From NCBI GenBank assembly GCA_027366635.1, contig DAHXNE010000037.1, forward strand, positions 24,207 to 48,206: DNA of 24,000 nucleotides. The letters run 5' to 3'. A program made the position numbers and the translations under genes. Under the pieces are notes generated by a model. The model had not been told where the DNA came from. It made no database searches and worked only from the letters and a program-made list of their open reading frames with translations. How positions within the stretch are numbered: the stretch's first letter is position 1; every line of letters starts with the position of its first letter. Source of the DNA: Gammaproteobacteria bacterium. Its GTDB lineage: Bacteria; Pseudomonadota; Gammaproteobacteria; Steroidobacterales; Steroidobacteraceae. This document shows positions 7,046-15,153 of the stretch, one piece after another.

Positions 7046-7792
7046 CTACTTCGGTTGCCCATCGGTGCCGCAGATCTGTCCGGTTCTGAGCGCCTGAACC
7101 ACGGCTTGCATGCGTGTGATCACGTCGAAGCGCTGCTTGGCGTGCTCGATGTGGTAGTGGACCGTGACTTGACTCAACCCCAACAGCCGGGCGATCTCCC
7201 AGTCGGTCTTGCCGCGCGCGACGAGCGTCAGGCATTCTCGCTCGCGTGTCGTGAGCTCCGCGGGGCTGCTGTTTTCGATGTGGGCGCGCCCGGTGCAGGC
7301 ATACAGGCACAGGGCCAGCAACCGCACGGTGGTGTAGCTGCGCGGGTCGAGCGCGCCGCTCGCGGGAACCACCGAACACGAGGCTCGGGGCGAACCGGCG
7401 GTCGCGCGGCCGTGGAGCGGGATTGTGTAGCCGTGCGCGATCCCGAAACCCGCCGCTTCCTCTAGAACGATGTGCTGCGCCTCGCTGATCGGTCGCGCCT
7501 CGAAGGCCGCATCCCAGAAGAACGGCCGGACCGTGCGCGTGGCGAGCTGCAGCACCGGGTCGATGCGGAAGTGTCCGGCCGCGCGGAAGCGCCGCGCCCA
7601 TGCGGCCGGGTAGTTGTGCAGTAGCACCGGCCGCAGGGTCGGATCAGCCGGATCGGCGTGCAGGCAGTAGGCGAAGTGGCGGAAGCCGAGAGTCGCGATT
7701 GCGGCGCCGAACGCCGCGTCGATGTCGAGGAGCGAGCTGTGCTCGCTCTGGCAACGCTCGAGGAAGGAGGCGAGCAGTTCGAGATGATCCAT
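7046..7792 (-). CDS. luxR: LuxR-family autoinducer-binding transcriptional regulator (248 aa)
   Basis: The track ORF 7046-7924 is trimmed to the ATG at 7792 (MDHLELLASF...). The N-terminal autoinducer-binding pattern is NYPAAWARRF-x8-IDPV...RPFFW...GFGIAHGYTIP. The C-terminal GerE-type HTH is LTTRERECLTLVARGKTDWEIARLLGLSQVTVHYHIEHAKQRF. Confidence 0.88.
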   Translation of the reverse strand: MDHLELLASFLERCQSEHSSLLDIDAAFGAAIATLGFRHFAYCLHADPADPTLRPVLLHNYPAAWARRFRAAGHFRIDPVLQLATRTVRPFFWDAAFEARPISEAQHIVLEEAAGFGIAHGYTIPLHGRATAGSPRASCSVVPASGALDPRSYTTVRLLALCLYACTGRAHIENSSPAELTTRERECLTLVARGKTDWEIARLLGLSQVTVHYHIEHAKQRFDVITRMQAVVQALRTGQICGTDGQPK

Positions 7793-8179
7793 GGCCTGCC
7801 GGCGCGCCGCGCTCTTCCGGTCCGCCTTCGGGCTGCAGTAAGCTCGGCACTGCGCCGCATGTCTGCCCGGGGAATAACGACGCTCAGCCGTAGAATGGCT
7901 CAGGCGGCCAGCCGATTCACGCACCGCGCGCCCCGTCTTTTGACGCCTTGACAGTGTCGCACCGCAGGAGTAATTCGTCGCCGTGGTTGGGCGGGCGCCG
8001 ATTGGGAAAGCAGGGCCCGACGCTGCGGACGTGATGCAACTTTACAATAACTCCGACGCGGGTGGCGCCAACCCGGCATGACAGGCGTCGTCGGCATGGC
8101 GTAGCCTGCGCCGAGTTCGGATTGGGAGCCTGGCGGGCGCCGCGGGCGCCGCAGCGCGTCAAAGGGGGATCATGGGAGG

Positions 8180-8200
8180 CCGGGCACGGTGCGTGCCCGG
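8180..8200 (+). promoter_or_regulatory. Perfect 9-bp GC-rich stem with 3-nt loop (CCGGGCACG-GTG-CGTGCCCGG) between the SD-like GGGAGG (8174-8179) and ATG 8204; the loop is itself the candidate GTG start
   Basis: Base pairing was checked by hand (8180-8188 pairs with 8192-8200). It may act as a translation-initiation-region structure for the response-regulator gene. Confidence 0.35.
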
Positions 8201-8836
8201 AATATGGGACTGCGCATGATGCAGACGAGGGTGTACATCGTCGCTGCGGACCCGGGGATACGCAGGGGGTTGCAGCTGACGCTCCAAGCGACCGGTTGCC
8301 CGACACGCAGCTTCGCCTCCGGGAGCGCCTTCCTTCGGGACTGCGCGCGCCTGCCCGCCGGCTGCGTGATCCTGGATCTGAGCGTGCCGGAGTTGGGCGG
8401 TTCCCAACTCCTGGGTGAGCTTGCGGCCACCGGCGACCGCTGGCCGGTGATCGTGCTCGCCAAGCATGCCGATCGGGCGCAAGTGGTGCGCGCGCTGCGC
8501 GCCGGCTCCGTGTTGTTGTTGGAGAAACCGATCCGCGCGGCGGAACTGATCGCGGCGGTGCACAACGCGCAGGCGCTGTTGCGCGATGCCGGCGGTCAGC
8601 GGCCGGATCCGGCGGTGGCGGGCGCAGTGACGCTGTTGACGCGGCGCGAACGGCAAGTGCTCGATGCGCTATTGGCATCCGAGCGCATCAAGCAGACCGC
8701 GGCGCGGCTGGGGATCGCCGAGAGCACGGTCAAATCGTGTCGCAAGACGATCAAGAACAAGCTCGGCGTGCACAGCACGGCCCAGCTGATTCAGTTGGTG
8801 ACGCGCGCCGGGGTTGGGATCACGGGGCGACCGTAG
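8189..8836 (+). CDS. Response regulator, REC + LuxR/FixJ (GerE) HTH, with atypical receiver pocket
   Basis: REC region: VYIVAADPGIRR...VILDLSVPEL...VIVLAKHAD...LEKP. HTH region: LTRRERQVLDALLASERIKQTAARLGIAESTVKSCRKTIKNKLG. The start is uncertain. GTG 8189 lies 9 nt after GGGAGG, and in-frame ATGs occur at 8204, 8216 and 8219. Confidence 0.85.
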   Translation: MRARNMGLRMMQTRVYIVAADPGIRRGLQLTLQATGCPTRSFASGSAFLRDCARLPAGCVILDLSVPELGGSQLLGELAATGDRWPVIVLAKHADRAQVVRALRAGSVLLLEKPIRAAELIAAVHNAQALLRDAGGQRPDPAVAGAVTLLTRRERQVLDALLASERIKQTAARLGIAESTVKSCRKTIKNKLGVHSTAQLIQLVTRAGVGITGRP

Positions 8837-8860
8837 CGCAGCCGCGGTTGCCCCCGGGGC

Positions 8861-9437
8861 TCAGCGCCCGCGCCTGGCGCGGGCCATGCGGCGCATGCGA
8901 TTCGAGGCGTCGGTGCTCTGTTGGCGGATTTCGGTGCCGGTGAGGGCCAGGAACGCCTCCTCCAGGGTACTGGTGCCGGTGCGCGCCTTGAGCTCAGCGG
9001 AGCTGCCGAGAGCGACGATGCGCCCGTGATCGATGACCGCGATCCGACCGGCCACCCGGTCGGCCGCGGGCGACGTAGTGGGTGATGAGCAACACCGTGA
9101 CGCCTTCGTCTTTGTTGAGCTGCCGCACGTGCGTCCACAGCTGGTTGCGGCTTTGCGGGTCGAGGCCCAGGGTCGACTCGTCGAGGAACAGGATGCGCGG
9201 CGTGTGCAGCGGGCCGCGGGCGATCTGCGGGCGGCGCATCATTCCGCCGGAGTACTGCTTCACAAGCTCCTCGCGCCGCTCCCACAGACCAAGCAGATCG
9301 AGCCGGGCGCGGGTGCGCTCGCGGCGCAGCTTGCGGGGAACGTGGTAGAGCGTGCCGTGCAGCTCGAGGTTTTCCCACGCCGAGAGGTTCTGATCCAGGC
9401 TCGGATCATGAAACACGATGCCGAAGCGTCTGCGCAC
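8861..9437 (-). pseudogene. ABC-transporter ATP-binding protein remnant (5'-truncated, frameshifted)
   Basis: Two track ORFs (8994-9437 and 8861-9055) together spell an ABC ATPase from the Q-loop region onward: RRRFGIVFHDPSLD...YSGGMMRRPQIARG...ILFLDESTLGLDP...VLLITHY, then after a frame change (A)ADRVAGRIAVIDHGRIVALGSSAELK...LEEAFLALTG. The frameshift lies at about 9066-9076. I found no Walker A in any minus-strand frame of the first ~100 nt upstream (9438-9540); further upstream only one frame was translated. Confidence 0.75.
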
Positions 9438-9669
9438 TTCGTTGGGCTCGCGTGACGAGCGCGCCGCATTACGGTGGTGGGAAACTATCGCGCGGGCATG
9501 TACAAGGACTGGCTGGCGGCGGCAAAGAAATCGGCGGCCTGACCGGCATCGCGTACGCCGCGCAGATCACTTCTGCAGGTCGCGAGCAGCCGCTCGAGCG
9601 GGGAGCGGCTGAGGGCGGCATCTGGACGCTGGGGCACTTGCCGGCTCGTGTAGCCGCAGCGGCCCGCCT

Positions 9670-10419
9670 TCAGGCCGGTCGGTTGCGCGACGGTGCGCCC
9701 GCGCCAGCCAGCAGCATCTGCAGCGCCGAGCCGTAGCTGCGTAACGTGGCCGCGCCATCGCCCAAAAACGACGCACCATGCATCACGGCGATGACGCGCG
9801 GTTCAAGTGCCGCAAGCCGTTCCAGCCCCGTTGCGGTGTGCGGCGTCCACGGGATCGAATCGTGGAACGGGCCGCGTTGTCCGGCTTCGAAGTCGGCGAT
9901 CGCGTTCGCAAGGACGTCGTCGGCGAGGGGCGCGGGGTTGCCGCGTTGCAGCAGCAGATCGGAGGCGAACAGCACGCGTTCTGTTGCATCGAACAGCAAC
10001 GACGATTCCCAGTTGTGCGGGATGTAGGGTGTCGCGAGGAAGCGGAAGCGGTGCCGGCCGGTCGCGAAGGTCGCGTCGTGTTCAAGTATACGGGGCGGAC
10101 GCCTGGCAAAGTCGTTGATGCAGGTTGCCGCCGCGACCACGCCCGCCAGCGGCGTGGCCTTCGGCGCAAGATCGAGCCAGCGGTTGAGCGCGCCGCATTC
10201 GTCAGACTCGAAGTGGCTGAAGCCGATCCAGCGCAAAGTCGCGACGTCGATCAGTGACGCGACCGCGGCGTGTACTTCGTCGAACAATGCATTTTGCGCG
10301 GCGTGGTACAGCAGTGGTTCGTCATCGCGCACCAGGAACTGGTTGAACTGCAGGTCGGGGCCCGCGGCGTAGGTGGAAATCCGGAATACGTCCGGCGCGA
10401 TTTCCGTGACTCGGCTCAT
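9670..10419 (-). CDS. MBL-fold / ODP-type (flavodiiron-like beta-lactamase-fold) protein, 249 aa
   Basis: It has FNQFLVRDDEPLLYHAA...LRWIGFSHFESDECGALNRWL...PYIPHNWES, an H-x-E-x-D-type metal motif in the position typical of the ODP / FprA-like MBL domain. GAGG lies 7 nt upstream of the ATG. Confidence 0.65.
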   Translation of the reverse strand: MSRVTEIAPDVFRISTYAAGPDLQFNQFLVRDDEPLLYHAAQNALFDEVHAAVASLIDVATLRWIGFSHFESDECGALNRWLDLAPKATPLAGVVAAATCINDFARRPPRILEHDATFATGRHRFRFLATPYIPHNWESSLLFDATERVLFASDLLLQRGNPAPLADDVLANAIADFEAGQRGPFHDSIPWTPHTATGLERLAALEPRVIAVMHGASFLGDGAATLRSYGSALQMLLAGAGAPSRNRPA

Positions 10420-10749
10420 GGTTCGCCTCGAAACATCTGGGCGTGAATGGCACTCGGATAAGCCGCGGCGCGAGAGCTACGGCAGCGTAAGATGTGGAAG
10501 GATAAAGGAGAAACATTGGTTCTGGATAGTTGTCCATCGACTGACGGTCGACCCCGAGTCATGAAGCGGCCCGGCAAGGTCACAGGCACAGGGAGGTGCC
10601 CCGCCGCCGCAGGTCGCGGACGTTGAGCGAAAAACCACGCTTTTTGGCGCAACGGCGCTGGGCGGGGCAGGAGCCCCGATCCAGCGCTTCTTAATAGCGT
10701 CCAAGCTACTGGCGGACTACGGGTGAGGCGTGCCATAGCTGTACCCTCG

Positions 10750-11724
10750 CTACGGCAGGGCGCTCGATATCCAGCTCCCCGTCCGCAGCGTCACCGGCGA
10801 GTAGTCGAGGAAGGTCGCGCGTAGTGCCGTGGCCCGTGGGCGATACCAGCCGCGTCGAACGCAGAAGTGCCAGATGCGCTCCGCGCCGGCGAAGAGCTCG
10901 TTCGCTTCGGACGCGTCCCATTCGATGGCCGCGAGTCCCTGGAGTTGCAGCAGATCGCCTGTCTCGAAATCAAGAAACAGGAGCGATGCGCGCGGTTCGC
11001 CGAGGAAATTACCGAGCGTGTTGAAGTAGCGATTGCCGCGGAAGTCCGGAATGGAGAGCGTATCGCCGCGCAGTCGCACGAAGCCCGGTCGGCCGCCGCG
11101 GTGCGAGATGTCAGCGCCGCCGGCCGGGCCGAGTCCGTCGCGCGAGCGGCTCGCGACGATGAAGGTGTCGGCTCGCTGGATCAACGCCTGCGCGTCCAAC
11201 GCGTGATCGAGTGAATCGATCTGCCGCACAGCGCGGTCCGCAGCTCTCTCTGACCGGGTCACGGTGCGCCGCTGAATGTATTGCGGGCAGTTGCCGAAGC
11301 TCTGCCTGACGGCGAGCGTGAACCCCGAGGCATCGAGCGCGGATACGATGCCGTTCGCGCGGTTGCGCCGTCGTGTACTGAGCTCCAAGCCAAGCATGCC
11401 GATCTCGTCTCCCACCCGGATCGTGCCGGCGGCAGGATCGCCGGCAGGAGGGAGTGCATGTATGCGCAGAGTGATCGGATCGGGCGATTCGATGAAGCCC
11501 GGAGCGCCTTCCAGCAATGTCGCGAGAGGCCGGCCAGCGGCATCCACCGTGGCCAGAAACACATGGGGAAGCGCGGCAAAGAAGCTGCGATGTTGCTCCG
11601 TCATGAAATTGCGGATGCCGCCGCTTCGCGCGCTGACGCCCGCAAGGGCTTGCGCCGCGAGCTCATCGGCGTGAAATCCGCAACGATCATGAGCCGGCGG
11701 CTCGACACTTTCGACGTGCTCCAC
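10750..11724 (-). CDS. Pyridoxamine 5'-phosphate oxidase-like FMN-binding split-barrel family protein (324 aa)
   Basis: It has IRNFMTEQHRSFFAALPHVFLATVDAAGRP...STRRRNRANG...VRQSFGNCPQYIQRR...ISHRGGRPGFV, matching my recollection of this family. The GTG start lies 11 nt after the GST stop, so the two are probably co-transcribed. Confidence 0.7.
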   Translation of the reverse strand: MEHVESVEPPAHDRCGFHADELAAQALAGVSARSGGIRNFMTEQHRSFFAALPHVFLATVDAAGRPLATLLEGAPGFIESPDPITLRIHALPPAGDPAAGTIRVGDEIGMLGLELSTRRRNRANGIVSALDASGFTLAVRQSFGNCPQYIQRRTVTRSERAADRAVRQIDSLDHALDAQALIQRADTFIVASRSRDGLGPAGGADISHRGGRPGFVRLRGDTLSIPDFRGNRYFNTLGNFLGEPRASLLFLDFETGDLLQLQGLAAIEWDASEANELFAGAERIWHFCVRRGWYRPRATALRATFLDYSPVTLRTGSWISSALP

Positions 11725-11735
11725 GCGACTCGACC

Positions 11736-12398
11736 TCAGCTTGCGGACGCAGGCTCGCGTGGCAGAGCAGCGCGCGGCATGGCCTGAAACCGTGGTAGAG
11801 CCTCGACTCGCGCGAGCCAGCCGCGAACAGCCGGGTAGGGCTCGAGAGAGATGCGCCCTTCGGGCGCGCGGGCCGTGTAGGCATAGCAGGCGAGATCGGC
11901 AAGACTCGCCTGCTCACCAGCAAGATACGGATGATCTCCGAGGTGCATCTGCATGAACCGGAAGAGTCGTCCGGCGATCTCTACGGCGCGCGCGTGGTCG
12001 GCGGGATAGTTCCAAACTGTGATCAGGCGGGCGGTCGCGGGTCCGTACTTCAGCTCGCCCGCGGCAATCGATAGCCAACGCTGCACGCGGGATGCGGCGA
12101 GCGCTTCTTCAGGCATCCACGTGCCGCCCGGGGCGTAGCGCCTCGCCAGGTACACCAGGATCGCGTTGCTGTCGGCGAGCACCAGGGATCCGTCCTCGAG
12201 AACGGGTATCTGCCCGAGCGGGTTGAGTCGCAGGAACTCGGGCGAGCGGCGCACCTCATCGGGCGCGCTCACGAACCGAAAGGGAATCTCGAGCATTCGC
12301 AGGAGAAGCACGACCCGATGGACGTGGCCGGAGAACTCGGTGCCGTATAGGGTGATGCGAGGCTTGCCCGTGTGCAGCCTGACCTGGGGTGCGTTCAC
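11736..12398 (-). CDS. Glutathione S-transferase family protein (220 aa)
   Basis: The track ORF 11736-12560 is trimmed to the GTG at 12398, which is preceded by GGAGGA with a 6-nt spacer. It has ITLYGTEFSGHVHRVVLLLRMLEIPF...LNPLGQIPVLEDGSLVLADSNAILVYLAR (thioredoxin-like GST N-domain) plus an alpha-helical C-domain. Confidence 0.8.
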   Translation of the reverse strand: MNAPQVRLHTGKPRITLYGTEFSGHVHRVVLLLRMLEIPFRFVSAPDEVRRSPEFLRLNPLGQIPVLEDGSLVLADSNAILVYLARRYAPGGTWMPEEALAASRVQRWLSIAAGELKYGPATARLITVWNYPADHARAVEIAGRLFRFMQMHLGDHPYLAGEQASLADLACYAYTARAPEGRISLEPYPAVRGWLARVEALPRFQAMPRAALPREPASAS

Positions 12399-12486
12399 CT
12401 GAAGTCCTCCTCGAGTCGCGCGCTCGTCGAACCCGGAACAGTGTATCCTTGCGCCAGACGCTGCCAATCTGGCACTTGCAAAAGAC

Positions 12487-12509
12487 AGAATTCCACTCAT
12501 TGCAATTCT
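12487..12509. promoter_or_regulatory. LysR-type T-N11-A box: AGAATT-N11-AATTCT inverted repeat in the GST/lysR divergent intergenic region
   Basis: Read directly: perfect 6-bp arms separated by exactly 11 nt, 4 nt upstream of the lysR ATG (12513). The position is consistent with an autoregulatory / recognition binding site. Confidence 0.5.
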
Positions 12510-12512
12510 CGA

Positions 12513-13415
12513 ATGGATCGTCTGGATGAACTCGCGGTGCTTGTCGCCGTGATCGATCACGGCAGTCTGGTCGCGGCCGCTCGCCGCTTGCGCCGATCGC
12601 CGCCGGCCATCACACGGACTCTCGCGGCTCTCGAGAGTCGTGTCGGCGCACGTCTCGTCGAGCGCAGCACTCGCCGGCTCTCCCCGACCGAGGCGGGCCG
12701 CGCGCTTGCCGAGAGTTCGCGGGCGCTGCTCGGCTCGTATGATGCAGCCGTCGCCGGAGTATCACCTGCGCCGGTTCGTGGGCTCGTCCGAGTCACCGCG
12801 CCGCTGCAATTTGGGCGGCGCCACGTGGTGCCGCTCGTCGCGTCATTCCTCGAACAATTCCCCGAGGCACAAGCGGAACTCGTGCTCCACGATCGCCATC
12901 TCGACCTCATCGAGGAGCGGCTCGACGTCGCTGTGCGAATCGGCACGCTGTCGGATTCCTCGCTCCTGGCGAGACAAGTCGGCTTGGTACGCCGCGTGGT
13001 GGTCGCGAGTCCCGACTACCTCGCGCGCCGCGGTACACCGAAGCGGCCGCAGGAGCTGACGCGTCACGACACGATCTTTGGCACGGGCACGCAGGCACCG
13101 CTTGAGTGGCGATTCCGTGGTCGTGGCCGATCGACGGCCGTACGGCTCGCGCCGAGGCTCCTGGTCAATGAGGTCGAGGCGCAGCTCGTTGTCGCTCGCG
13201 CAGGCCTTGGCATCGCTCGCGTGCTGTCGTATCAAGTCGAGGAGGATCTCGCAGCCGGAACGCTCGTCCGTCTGCTGCAAGGGTTCGAGCCGCCGCCCCT
13301 ACCCGTGCAGCTAATCGCCATCAGTCGCGTGCTCATGCCGTCGAAGGTCAGAGTGTTTCTCGATTTCGCGGCGGCGCGGCTCATCGAGCTGAGCGCCATT
13401 CACGCGGAGCGGTGA
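12513..13415 (+). CDS. LysR-family transcriptional regulator (300 aa)
   Basis: The track ORF is trimmed to the ATG at 12513: MDRLDELAVLVAVIDHGSLVAAARRLRRSPPAITRTLAALESRVGARLVERSTRRLSPTEAG (LysR HTH), followed by a substrate-binding domain. It is divergent from the GST-PNPOx pair. Confidence 0.88.
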   Translation: MDRLDELAVLVAVIDHGSLVAAARRLRRSPPAITRTLAALESRVGARLVERSTRRLSPTEAGRALAESSRALLGSYDAAVAGVSPAPVRGLVRVTAPLQFGRRHVVPLVASFLEQFPEAQAELVLHDRHLDLIEERLDVAVRIGTLSDSSLLARQVGLVRRVVVASPDYLARRGTPKRPQELTRHDTIFGTGTQAPLEWRFRGRGRSTAVRLAPRLLVNEVEAQLVVARAGLGIARVLSYQVEEDLAAGTLVRLLQGFEPPPLPVQLIAISRVLMPSKVRVFLDFAAARLIELSAIHAER

Positions 13416-13588
13416 GGGGGACCCTTCGGCGCACGCGTCGCACCCCGATCACTGGAAGGCCGGGGCGGATGGTGCGAGGACGGACGGTACCTCTCGATCG
13501 AGATCCGTCTCCGGGGGGGGCGTACACCAATATCAGCCTGGCTGGGTCGCAGCTCTGCCTGCCTCGCAACCGGCCCATATCTTAAATA

Positions 13589-13617
13589 TTGTGCGGATAT
13601 TCGCGCGCGTATATACT
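13589..13617 (+). promoter_or_regulatory. Candidate sigma70-type promoter TTGTGC-N17-TATACT upstream of padR
   Basis: Read directly within the only AT-rich patch of this intergenic region, about 70 nt upstream of the padR GTG. Flanking small palindromes are GTATATAC and TGAAAC-N16-GTTTCA. This is a motif match only. Confidence 0.3.
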
Positions 13618-13685
13618 GAAACAAGTACTCGGTATGAAGTTTCAATTCTCGTGAACTGCGTTCGGGTCGCACCGGGGGCTGCTGA

Positions 13686-14288
13686 GTGAGCAAGCGCAAA
13701 GTCTCGAACCCATTGGCACTGGCGGTGCTCGCCTGTCTCTACGAGCGGCCCATGCATCCCTACGAGATGGCGAGCACGATGCGCGAGCGACACAAGGACG
13801 AGAGCATCAAGCTCAATTACGGCTCGCTTTATGCCGTGGTGGAGTCCCTCAAGAAGCACGAGCTGATCGCCGAGCACGAAACCGAGCGCGCAGGCCATCG
13901 GCCGGAGCGCACCGTCTATCGCATCACTGACGCCGGACGCCTGGACCTCATCGATTGGCTCAGCGAGCTCCTCAGCCGTCCGGCCAAGGAATACACCCAC
14001 TTCGAGGCGGGACTGTCGCTGCTGCCGGTGTTACCGCCCGAGGATGCCGTCGCACTCCTCGAGCAGCGCTGTCAGGTGCTCGAGTTGCGCGCGGCGCAGT
14101 CACAGTCGCTGCGCGAGCTTTTTGCCAAACGCAGCTTCCCGCGTCTCTTTACCATCGAGACCGAGTACCGTTGGGCGCTCGAGGCGGCGGAACTCGAATG
14201 GACGCGGCGGCTCATCGCCGACATCCGGTGCGGATCGCTCGACGGGCTCGAGTTCTGGCACGGATTTCACGCGCGGCGGCCGGACTGA
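13686..14288 (+). CDS. PadR-family transcriptional regulator (200 aa)
   Basis: It has NPLALAVLACLYERPMHPYEMASTMRER...LNYGSLYAVVESLKKHELIAE...ERTVYRITDAGR, a winged-helix PadR pattern, plus a long C-terminal dimerisation region. Confidence 0.85.
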   Translation: MSKRKVSNPLALAVLACLYERPMHPYEMASTMRERHKDESIKLNYGSLYAVVESLKKHELIAEHETERAGHRPERTVYRITDAGRLDLIDWLSELLSRPAKEYTHFEAGLSLLPVLPPEDAVALLEQRCQVLELRAAQSQSLRELFAKRSFPRLFTIETEYRWALEAAELEWTRRLIADIRCGSLDGLEFWHGFHARRPD

Positions 14289-14297
14289 CCCATCAAC

Positions 14298-14984
14298 ATG
14301 AGATCAAGAGCGATGCAACAGCCCACAGAGCGCACAAAGCCCTATCGCGGATTCGCAATGGAGGGGCGGATCGCCCGCTGGTATGCGCGGAACACCGCAA
14401 AGGACATGCAGGAGTTCCGTCGACTCGCGGATCGATTCTCGAAAGACCTGCCGGCGCACGCGAAGGTGCTCGAGATTGCGCCGGGACCCGGTTACTTTTC
14501 CGTCGAGCTTGCCAGACGCGGCCCGTTCGAGATCGTCGGAGTCGATATTAGCAAGAGCTTCGTCGCAATCGCCACCGAGAACGCAAAGAGGGCAGGGGTC
14601 GCCGTCGGATTCGAGCGGGGGAATGCGTCGGCCATGCCGTTCGCCGATGACACGTTCGATTTCGTTTTCTGCCGAGCGGCCTTCAAGAACTTCACGCGGC
14701 CCGTGGAGGCAATGAGCGAGATGCATCGGGTCCTCAAGCCGGGAGCTCGAGCAGTCATCATCGATCTGCGCAAGGACGCCTCGATGAGCGATATCAATGA
14801 CTACATCGAGCGCTCGGACCTGACCAGGATCGATCAAGTGATGTACAAACTTACCTTCCGCTATCTCTTGATCCCTAGAGCCTACACGAGACGACAATTC
14901 GAGGAGATGGCCTCGGCTGCGCTGTTTCGCGGAGCGCAAATCAACGAATCTGGAATCGGATTTGAAGTGACTCTGAGCAAGTAG
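14298..14984 (+). CDS. Class I SAM-dependent methyltransferase (228 aa)
   Basis: Motif I is VLEIAPGPGYFSVELARRG. It also has VGVDIS and FDFVFCRAAFKNF...VLKPGARAVIIDL. It starts 9 nt after the padR stop, so the two probably form an operon. Confidence 0.85.
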   Translation: MRSRAMQQPTERTKPYRGFAMEGRIARWYARNTAKDMQEFRRLADRFSKDLPAHAKVLEIAPGPGYFSVELARRGPFEIVGVDISKSFVAIATENAKRAGVAVGFERGNASAMPFADDTFDFVFCRAAFKNFTRPVEAMSEMHRVLKPGARAVIIDLRKDASMSDINDYIERSDLTRIDQVMYKLTFRYLLIPRAYTRRQFEEMASAALFRGAQINESGIGFEVTLSK

Positions 14985-15153
14985 CCTGGATGTCCGAAGC
15001 TTCCATCGCCGAGCCGATGCGGCGGCTCCCGCAGATGAGTCGGACCGCCCAGTGCGGCGCGGACATCGCCGTCGACCGTGCGCAGGGCGGTCCTTGCGCC
15101 TTCTGACACCCGGGGCGGACGCGCCACGCCTGCTTTCGCCCTTCGGGCGCCAT

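Noticed and set aside
5289-7601. 770-aa minus-strand ORF spanning the phyH, luxI and luxR regions
   Set aside because: Only its last 307 codons (from ATG 6212) look like a real protein (PhyH). The upstream 460 codons are Arg/Pro/Ala/Gly-rich low-complexity sequence lying out of frame over well-supported luxI and luxR genes. It is a high-GC open-frame artefact.
7948-7976. TTGACA-N17-TAATTC promoter-like match in the luxR / response-regulator divergent region
   Set aside because: The -35 is perfect but the -10 is poor. The alternative AGTAAT has only a 15-nt spacer, and the element lies more than 200 nt from the nearest start codon, so it is not reported as a feature.
13492-13520. 12-bp perfect palindrome TCTCGATCGAGA followed by a G8 homopolymer between lysR and padR
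   Set aside because: It could be a weak terminator or a binding site, and the G8 run could in principle slip. However, it is intergenic, has no U-tract, and has no ORF or promoter element clearly dependent on its length, so support is insufficient.
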